Source of the DNA: a virus
Taxonomy: Duplodnaviria; Caudoviricetes
IMG/VR virus record: IMGVR_UViG_3300010429_001696
Coordinates: 129,755-193,754 of that record
DNA length: 64,000 bases
Strand: one strand, 5' to 3'
Shown here: positions 20,137 through 26,851 of the stretch, piece after piece
How the letters are laid out: every line of letters begins with the position of its first letter
How positions within the stretch are numbered: the stretch's first letter is position 1
Program-made: the position numbers and the translations under genes
The notes under the pieces: generated by a model
The model's database searches: none
The model's input: the letters and a program-made list of their open reading frames with translations, nothing else
What the model was told of the DNA's origin: nothing

Positions 20137-20811
20137 TTACAATATTTTAAAATAATAAGTATTGTTTATGTGAAGAATCTCATAATTTTTAAAAGAATCT
20201 TCAATTGATTTTTTATAGAAATTTATCTTCTTTTTATTTTCTGTTTCATCTATTATTAGAACAACCGGTTTACTCATTTTTTCTATTTCTTTAGATAGAA
20301 TATATGATATAGCATTGAATATCTTTATAATATCTCCTTTATTTGTTTCTCTTTCGAAAATGTTTCTTAACTCTGAAAATCGAACATCATTATTTCGTAT
20401 AAATCTATCCAAATAGATGATATATTTTCTATATTGCTCTTCTGTCGTAAATGCCACATTATACATTTTATAATTTTTTAACTCTGGGACATTATCAAAA
20501 ATTGTCTCTAATAAAAGAACATAATCTGTGTTATTAATGGTAAAATGATATTCGAAATCAGTCAAATTTTTATATCTTGGCGATTCTATAGGATTAACAA
20601 AATAAGAAATATATTTTGGATTAAATTTTATCTCATTCACTAGATTTTCAAATTCGCTATATCTCGGTATTGAATGTTTGAATTTTCCATCTGGATGATA
20701 ATTAATAGCGTCGCCTAACTCCTTAACTATTTCGTCATAAGTTTTGCGTTCTTTTATTAACTGACGATATTTATCATTCACTTCTTTTGTCCAAAATTGA
20801 TTAAATTTCAT
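20137..20811 (-). CDS. hypothetical protein
   Basis: ORF track; internal YSEFENLVNE. Confidence 0.65.
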   Translation of the reverse strand: MKFNQFWTKEVNDKYRQLIKERKTYDEIVKELGDAINYHPDGKFKHSIPRYSEFENLVNEIKFNPKYISYFVNPIESPRYKNLTDFEYHFTINNTDYVLLLETIFDNVPELKNYKMYNVAFTTEEQYRKYIIYLDRFIRNNDVRFSELRNIFERETNKGDIIKIFNAISYILSKEIEKMSKPVVLIIDETENKKKINFYKKSIEDSFKNYEILHINNTYYFKIL

Positions 20812-21019
20812 AATCTTATATATTCAAAAATTTAAATATAGTTTTTTATATATATTTTCATATATGAATAAACTAGATAGAATTTATGTGAATCTTCGCC
20901 AAACATCTTTATATCTTTTCGAGATTCTATTAATACATCATTAATAAATCCAAAGAATTCTTTTGGCGCTCCAACATTAAATTTTTCTTTACATTTGTTT
21001 CAAAATCAGTCATTTAAAA

Positions 21020-21262
21020 TTAAAAAACAGGCACTTCTATCTCAGGTCCTATTCTTTCAATTTCATCCATATATATACCATTACTTGAAGAATCTCCCAT
21101 ACCGCCAGGTAAGAAGCATTCGTCACCTTCCTCATACGAGGAAAATGAATCTGGTCCTTCATAATAACAAGGTGTTGGTCTATCATATCCTTTAATTAAA
21201 ATCCAATACCATCCACTTTTTTGTGGTATTTTTTTGTCGTTTTTAAATTTTTTAATTTTCAT
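21020..21262 (-). CDS. hypothetical protein
   Basis: MKIKKF start; P..SGWYW...IGPEIEVP. Confidence 0.65.
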   Translation of the reverse strand: MKIKKFKNDKKIPQKSGWYWILIKGYDRPTPCYYEGPDSFSSYEEGDECFLPGGMGDSSSNGIYMDEIERIGPEIEVPVF

Positions 21263-21562
21263 ATCGTTTTAATTTAATCATTTATTTAAATTTTTCTTTA
21301 CATTCGTCTATTATTTCTATAATCTTCATATCTTTATATTTTTCCATTATTTCTATTATATCATCACAATAAACATATATAACTGATTGTTTAAATTTTT
21401 CATTGTTTTCTAAATAAGAATTCAAAAATTCTTTAGCGTCCATTTATTTTTTTTTAATTTTTTAATTTATATGAAAAAAAAATAAGAGTTTTGTTTTATT
21501 TTATGTGACGAAAAAAATAATAAGAATTGACTTAAATATTTTTATATATACAATAAAAAACA

Positions 21563-21790
21563 TTAGATGGTTCATTTTATTTAGCTAAAATAAATATCCT
21601 AGATATGAATTTACAAATAAATCGATTCAAATAATGAATATGTTTAGTGATTGCTTAAAATATTATAATATTGAACATAAAATTAGAACAAGAAAAAATG
21701 GTGTTATGGACATATTCATCCAATCAAGAAAAAAGGTAAATTTTTTATATTCAATTTTGAATGAAAAATATAAAATGAAAAGATGGAAAT
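21563..21790 (+). pseudogene. LAGLIDADG-like endonuclease remnant
   Basis: LDGSFYLAK, frameshift, then KYPRYEFTNKSIQIMNMFSDCL...; no proper start. Confidence 0.5.
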
Positions 21791-21794
21791 TTTG

Positions 21795-21881
21795 TGCCGA
21801 AGACGGGAGTCGAACCCGTATGCTCACCTGAGCACGGCTTTTTAAGAGCCGCATGTATACCACAAATTCCATCACTTCGGC
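21795..21881 (-). tRNA. trnL: tRNA-Leu (anticodon TAA)
   Basis: GCCGAAG/CTTCGGC acceptor, CGGCT-CTTAAAA-AGCCG anticodon arm, long variable arm, GGTTCGACTCC; no encoded CCA. Confidence 0.95.
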
Positions 21882-21932
21882 ATTTAATTTTTTTCAAAGA
21901 ACTTCTTTTATATAATAGAAAATATTAATAGT

Positions 21933-22127
21933 TTATATATTTTTGAAATAACGACATAATTTAAAGACATCTCCTTCTTTAAAATCATATCTTTTTCTTG
22001 TATCACAAGCAACATCCCCAACCATACCATAATATCCAAAACATTTTTCTATTTCATGTTTAGAAAGCGAGCAATTGTCGTTTATGCCGTTCAATCTTTC
22101 ATCCAATGTGTGTTTTTTATTATCCAT
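21933..22127 (-). CDS. small hypothetical protein inside the tRNA cluster
   Basis: 64-aa ORF on the tRNA strand. Confidence 0.5.
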   Translation of the reverse strand: MDNKKHTLDERLNGINDNCSLSKHEIEKCFGYYGMVGDVACDTRKRYDFKEGDVFKLCRYFKNI

Positions 22128-22155
22128 TTTTAATTGTTTTATTATTTTTCATTTG

Positions 22156-22239
22156 TGCCCTTGATAGGATTCGAACCTACATATTCTTGCGAACGCGACA
22201 TCCTAAGTGTCGTATGTCTCCCAGTTTCATCACAAGGGC
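22156..22239 (-). tRNA. trnL: tRNA-Leu (anticodon TAG)
   Basis: GCCCTTG/CAAGGGC acceptor, CGACA-CTTAGGA-TGTCG, long variable arm, GGTTCGAATCC. Confidence 0.95.
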
Positions 22240-22247
22240 GATTTTTG

Positions 22248-22332
22248 TGCCGAAAAAAGGACTCGAACCTTCATGCCCTTCAAGAGCGCATCATTTTGAG
22301 TGATGTTTGTCTACCAATTCCAACATTTCGGC
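22248..22332 (-). tRNA. trnL: tRNA-Leu (anticodon CAA)
   Basis: GCCGAAA/TTTCGGC acceptor, CATCA-CTCAAAA-TGATG, long variable arm, GGTTCGAGTCC. Confidence 0.95.
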
Positions 22333-22940
22333 TTATTTTTTATTCATTTTTAATTTTTTTATAACAGAATAAATAGTATTACTATTTATCTTTAACATTC
22401 TTGATATTTCAATAGATTTTAATCCTTTATTATATAAATCCTTTACCGCTTCGTAATCAATTCTATATTCCTTATTTATATTTAACTCTTTAATTATTTC
22501 TGATATTGTGCTTTTTGAACAATTAAAAAATGTAGATATTTCTTTTTGATTCATACCATTTTCATACATTTTTTTGACTTCGTTTCTATTAATTTTTTGA
22601 GATAATCTTTTTAAATTATTGGATTTCAAAATTATTTCTTCTTTATTTTTTTCAAAAAAATCTAAATCGGAATGTTCTTCAGTATGGCAATTGTTACATA
22701 ATATTATACATTTATCTAGCTCTTCCATTATATAGTCTTTAATTATATCTGTATTTGAATTTCTACATCCACCTATTCCTTTAATTTTATCTCTAATATG
22801 ATGAAATGATAAAGAATCATTAGATTTATTATAACCACATTTTTCACAAGATTGACTATTTTTATATTTTAAAAATAATTTTTTAGATTCTTTATAAATA
22901 GTTTCTTCTTTTGAAGAATGAATCTCACTATGGAATGATT
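22333..22940 (-). pseudogene. 5'-truncated HNH homing endonuclease with C-terminal HTH repeats
   Basis: Frame stays open upstream of the tracked ATG: HSEIH...CEKCGYNK..DSLSFHH...ELDKCIILCNNCHTEEH; no start codon before the tRNA-Leu(GAG) gene. Confidence 0.7.
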
Positions 22941-22945
22941 CGATG

Positions 22946-23020
22946 TGTCCTAGGTGGTATTCGAAACCACACCTGTATACCCCCTCAAGATATCGCCTCT
23001 ACCAATTGGGCTACTAGGAC
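22946..23020 (-). tRNA. trnL: tRNA-Leu (anticodon GAG) with a short variable region
   Basis: GTCCTAG/CTAGGAC acceptor, Leu-like D arm GCCCAATTGGTAGAGGC, ATATC-TTGAGGG-GGTAT, 6-nt variable loop, GTGGT-TTCGAAT-ACCAC, discriminator A. Confidence 0.85.
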
Positions 23021-23022
23021 TT

Positions 23023-23092
23023 TGCCGAAATAAGATAAGTTTACTATCGCAAATTTTCTTTTCTGAGCATTTGATTCATTTCACCATCCGGT
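23023..23092 (-). pseudogene. decayed tRNA-Leu (CAG) remnant
   Basis: 5' ACCGGATGGTGAAATG, central CTCAGAA, 3' TTTCGGCA; stems and T loop lost. Confidence 0.45.
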
Positions 23093-23101
23093 ATTAAAAT
23101 A

Positions 23102-23113
23102 TTTCAAAGAACA
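23102..23113 (-). promoter_or_regulatory. boxA-like motif
   Basis: TGTTCTTTGAAA just after the attenuator terminator; AAGTTCTTTGAAAA recurs at about 21891-21904 before tRNA-Leu(TAA). Confidence 0.5.
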
Positions 23114-23116
23114 AAT

Positions 23117-23149
23117 AAAAAACCCAGTCTTTTTTGAGACCGGGTTTTT
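23117..23149 (-). terminator. attenuator terminator upstream of the tRNA-Leu cluster
   Basis: AAAAACCCGGTCT-CAAAAA-AGACTGGGTTTTTT hairpin plus U-tract. Confidence 0.85.
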
Positions 23150-23171
23150 CGAAAAATATAAAATAAACACG

Positions 23172-23264
23172 TTATTTCATTAAGCATAAAAACCTGGTCC
23201 CATAGTTTCCTAACAATAGGCCTAAAACAGACAGGAGAAGGATATTTACGTTAATGTTTTTCAT
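23172..23264 (-). CDS. leucine-rich leader peptide MKNINVNILLLSVLGLLLGNYGTRFLCLMK
   Basis: 30-aa ORF with 9 Leu; codons CTT CTC CTG..TTA.CTA TTG TTA; contains antiterminator strand GGGACCAGGTTTTT (23201-23188). Confidence 0.85.
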   Translation of the reverse strand: MKNINVNILLLSVLGLLLGNYGTRFLCLMK

Positions 23265-23326
23265 TGTTTATTTATATATTGTATAATAAATATGGTTTTT
23301 TTCCATTTTTAGTTTCAATTATACGA

Positions 23327-23334
23327 CAAAATTA
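23327..23334 (-). promoter_or_regulatory. candidate promoter of the leader/tRNA operon (TAATTTTG); TATAAATA also present just upstream of the leader ATG
   Basis: Match to TAnnTTTG about 60 nt upstream of 23264. Confidence 0.45.
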
Positions 23335-23413
23335 TAAAAAAGTTTTAAATAAAAAAAATATTTTAATCATATTTAGCGATTATTTTATTAAATGATGGCG
23401 CCAAATATCCAAA

Positions 23414-23701
23414 TTATTCAACGATTTTTATAAAAAGTGTGTCCTTATCATTTTTTATTTTAAATGGTAAAGTTTCATTATTATAATTAAGAAAATTAGA
23501 TTTTTTTGAAAATCTAAAATTCTGTTTGGTTTTAGAATAATCTCCGTTTTTTTCAAAAATCGATTTTCCATTTGTGGCAAAATACATCTTTTTATCAAAA
23601 AAATCCATGAATTGATAAAAAGTCAATCCTGTACCAATGAAAGGCACATCAATTAATTCGTAAATTCTACCATTCGTTACACATCTATAAAATTCTTTCA
23701 T
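23414..23701 (-). CDS. hypothetical protein
   Basis: ORF track. Confidence 0.55.
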   Translation of the reverse strand: MKEFYRCVTNGRIYELIDVPFIGTGLTFYQFMDFFDKKMYFATNGKSIFEKNGDYSKTKQNFRFSKKSNFLNYNNETLPFKIKNDKDTLFIKIVE

Positions 23702-23783
23702 ATCTTTTTTTATTATCTTAACAAAAAATTACAAAAAAGTTTTAAATTTTAATCATATTTAGCGATTATATCCATCTTCAAGT

Positions 23784-23957
23784 TTATTCGCATAGGTCCT
23801 TTTCAGATATTGTTTTCACAGCTATTGTATTATGTTCATTATCAAAAAGTTCGACTTCGAACACACCATTACCATGATCGAAAACAATAGTGCCTTTCGT
23901 GCCACATTTTATTTCATCAACATCATTTTTCAAAACTATAGTATCAAGCTCTTTCAT
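23784..23957 (-). CDS. DUF4926-like small protein (57 aa)
   Basis: Hand translation MKELDTIVLKND...GTKGTIV...FEVELFD; overlaps the stop of the upstream gene. Confidence 0.6.
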   Translation of the reverse strand: MKELDTIVLKNDVDEIKCGTKGTIVFDHGNGVFEVELFDNEHNTIAVKTISEKDLCE

Positions 23958-24382
23958 ATCATTTTAAAACTTTTTTTTTCATTTACAGGCCACAAATATT
24001 TTCCATCATTAAATCCTTTATCATTAAAAAATATTGACGAGTAAAAATCTTCATTTTTTTCTATTAATCTTGCTCGCATTGCTCTGTGGAAATCTTCATT
24101 ACCTAACCACCAAGGCATTACTATTTCTCCTTGTATATCGATTAGTTTCATATTATTTTTATATCCACGATTTATCCACTCTTTAACCATATGATTATAA
24201 TAATCTTTGAGCGCGTTCTCATAACCAATCCACATAAGCACGGCTGGATGGTTTTTCCAACCGCTTCCATTTTTTATCGTGTTGAGAATTTGATATGCTT
24301 CAACTCTTTGCTTGCCGAGTCTTCGATAATCTAAAGCCATTGCTGATTGTTTAAAATCTGGATATGGGAGAAATGTTTGCAT
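23954..24382 (-). CDS. pyrimidine-dimer DNA glycosylase-like protein (MSMEG_6728 family)
   Basis: MQTFLPYPDF..SA..LD.RRLGKQRVEA.QI...GW.NHPAV.MW. Confidence 0.85.
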   Translation of the reverse strand: MQTFLPYPDFKQSAMALDYRRLGKQRVEAYQILNTIKNGSGWKNHPAVLMWIGYENALKDYYNHMVKEWINRGYKNNMKLIDIQGEIVMPWWLGNEDFHRAMRARLIEKNEDFYSSIFFNDKGFNDGKYLWPVNEKKSFKMI

Positions 24383-24753
24383 GAAAATATTTTAAAAATA
24401 TCCTAACCATTCTTCAAATGATGGTATTCTAGGTAAAGGATGCATATAGTGGATGTATCCATCAAAATCTAAAGCTCCTTCTCCGAATTTTATTTCAACT
24501 TCATCAAAACTCATACACCTTCATTTGTTAAGCAAATTTAAAAAGATTTTTTTAATAAAAAAAATAATATATATGAAATATGAAAAATATAAAATTATAC
24601 GAACAATTGTTCATTCATCATTTTTAAATGTTTCATTGTCTTTTTTTTATTTTTTTTTTGAAAATATACTATTATATATTGATTTTTTTATATTGATTTT
24701 TTTATAAACATTTTTTTATTAATTTTATATATCTTTTAAAAATTATTATCTAT

Positions 24754-25899
24754 ATGGGTTATAAATATATCAAAAATAAACTGCCTTTATCCGGATTTTA
24801 TATTTCTTTCTTTGGCAGCACAATGAACGAGCGTAAAGGTATATACGGAATATCACATCTTATGGAGCATTTACTTTGTAAAGGGCTGGATCCTTATATG
24901 AATTCTTTAGAGCAAGACGGAATAAGTTGGAACGCATACACAAGCAGTCGTGAGATACTTTTTTATATGACAGGTCTCGAAAAAAATGTTAAAAAATGGA
25001 GAAAATTGTTTTATGAAAAAATATCCAATTTTGGTGTGACAGAAGAACAATTCTTGAATGAGAAAAAAATAGTCATTGAAGAATATAAAGATTCTTTTAA
25101 TGATCAGGTGGCTTGGCACTTTGATAATCTTTTTAGAAAACTCTATAATAAATATGATTCCATCGGTCTATTGGAAGATTTGGAAAACTTAACATTTGAA
25201 GATTGTAAAAATTTCTTCGAGTTACAATACTCGAAACCAAATTATATTGTAGATATTTCAAAAAGAAAGGATGAAGATCTAAGTAAATATTTTGAAAGTT
25301 TAGAATATAGCAACAATATGTATGAAAATGAAATTGTTGAGTTTAAACTCAATGAAGATTTTATATACCAAAAAGGAAATGATTATAAAGATAAATCATC
25401 GATTTTGATTTTATTGAAAAATGTTATAGATGGAGACAATGCTTATGTAGATTTTATATCACATATGTTGAGCGGTGGATTGAAATCTCCTCTTTATCAA
25501 GAAGTTAGAGAAAAAAGAGGACTTGTTTATTATATATGGTCTTATCAGAAAGACATAACAAACAGATCTAGCGTTGCTTTGATTCAAACAGAAACATCAA
25601 AAGAAAACTCAAAAGAAGTTGTGGATGTTATATTGAGCATAATAAACAATCCTAAAAGATATATGACAAAGAAAAGATTTAACATTGTCAAAAAATATTA
25701 TAAAATTTATTATGAAAAAGAAAATATTATGTTGCACAATAACGGGCATAAATTTGTGACACCAGAAAATTTTTTGTTAGAGAAGATTTTAAAGGATATA
25801 ACTTATGAAAAAGTTATGGAAGTGTATAATAAATATTTTAAAGATTTTTATGTATCAATAGATTCTGAGGAATTTAAAAATGAACTACTACGACACTAA
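24754..25899 (+). CDS. M16 family zinc peptidase
   Basis: GISHLMEH (HxxEH), NAYTS, SPLYQEVREKRGLVY. Confidence 0.92.
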   Translation: MGYKYIKNKLPLSGFYISFFGSTMNERKGIYGISHLMEHLLCKGLDPYMNSLEQDGISWNAYTSSREILFYMTGLEKNVKKWRKLFYEKISNFGVTEEQFLNEKKIVIEEYKDSFNDQVAWHFDNLFRKLYNKYDSIGLLEDLENLTFEDCKNFFELQYSKPNYIVDISKRKDEDLSKYFESLEYSNNMYENEIVEFKLNEDFIYQKGNDYKDKSSILILLKNVIDGDNAYVDFISHMLSGGLKSPLYQEVREKRGLVYYIWSYQKDITNRSSVALIQTETSKENSKEVVDVILSIINNPKRYMTKKRFNIVKKYYKIYYEKENIMLHNNGHKFVTPENFLLEKILKDITYEKVMEVYNKYFKDFYVSIDSEEFKNELLRH

Positions 25900-26058
25900 A
25901 GATGTCGTAGTTTCGTTAAAAAGATTATACTTTTTAATAACACTTGAGAAATCAAGAGGCTCGTTCATAGAAGCAAAATGATTTTCAAATTTTGGCGATA
26001 CTAAAACGAAAACAAAAACAAAAAAAAAATTATAATACCATCTATTGATGAGTGGTTA
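25880..26058 (-). mobile_element. second, shorter IS200/IS605 end remnant
   Basis: GAAACTACGACATCTTTAGTGTCGTAGTAGTTCAT hairpin, homologous to the right end at 18451-18487. Confidence 0.6.
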
Positions 26059-26065
26059 AAAAATA

Positions 26066-26794
26066 TTGAATAAAATGAGAATTTTAGATCGTCAAAATAT
26101 GACAAGACTTATGAAAGAAGTCTGTGATAAACTGGATAAAAATGAAATAAAAAACGAAATACCATTTGTTTATAAAAACAAGAATGAGTTTGATCATATC
26201 AAAATGTTGGTGCCATTAAATATAGATGCTTCCGTGCTCGGCGGAATTTTAGATAGCACTGAATATCAAGATAGTAGTAAATTCATAGATTTTTATTATA
26301 AGGGGTTTCGTTTTATCTTCATTCGAACAGATGAAGATGAATTTTTTCAATCTTTCTTTTATTATAGTTGGGATATTCTATCAACTCTTATGAATGTTAT
26401 TCTAAATCAATTTGGTATGAATTTAACTCCATCTGGACTTCGCTTTGTAGCAGAAGGAAAAAACATATTTTTGACAAATAATATGAAATATGTCATAGAA
26501 TTTTTAGATATGAATTTTGATATTTATAAAAAAGGTTTTTATGATTTTTATAGCGAAGTTTCTTATATAATAACATCTCCATATTATGATAATAAAATAT
26601 TTCAAGATTATGAAATAAACAGCGATAACTTTCTTTATTTTGATATTAAACCACAACTCGATGAAGCCAAAAAAATATTATATCCGTTCAAGGCTTCTTA
26701 TAATTTTAGTGAAATGGATGATTTTCTAATGAAAGTTGATTTGATGTTTGAAGGATCAAATTTTCTTTTGAATATGATGAAAGAAATGAAATAA
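26066..26794 (+). CDS. degenerate Pol-beta-like nucleotidyltransferase-fold protein
   Basis: NKNEFDHIKMLV in place of K..FGDID.LV; function weakly inferred. Confidence 0.4.
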   Translation: MNKMRILDRQNMTRLMKEVCDKLDKNEIKNEIPFVYKNKNEFDHIKMLVPLNIDASVLGGILDSTEYQDSSKFIDFYYKGFRFIFIRTDEDEFFQSFFYYSWDILSTLMNVILNQFGMNLTPSGLRFVAEGKNIFLTNNMKYVIEFLDMNFDIYKKGFYDFYSEVSYIITSPYYDNKIFQDYEINSDNFLYFDIKPQLDEAKKILYPFKASYNFSEMDDFLMKVDLMFEGSNFLLNMMKEMK

Positions 26795-26851
26795 TAATTT
26801 TTCTATTTTCAAAAAAGAATATATAGAAAAAGTGAAATATGCTTTTTTTAT

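Noticed and set aside
21795-22239. tRNAs with TAA and TAG anticodons as stop-codon suppressors or evidence of recoding
   Set aside because: These anticodons read UUA and CUA (Leu); suppressors would have TTA or CTA. Long genes are open in the standard code and genes end in TAA, TAG and TGA.
21634-22364. ORFs 21663..21875, 22106..22303, 22134..22364 and the 3' end of 21634..21831
   Set aside because: They are chance frames across tRNA genes.
23172-23264. Leader ORF as merely a small membrane peptide or type I toxin
   Set aside because: Hydrophobicity alone does not explain use of all six Leu codons, the antiterminator complementarity or the all-Leu tRNA cluster downstream; not fully excluded.
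23100-23330. T-box riboswitch
   Set aside because: No TGGNACC T-box bulge or stem I motifs were found; the leader-peptide model fits better.
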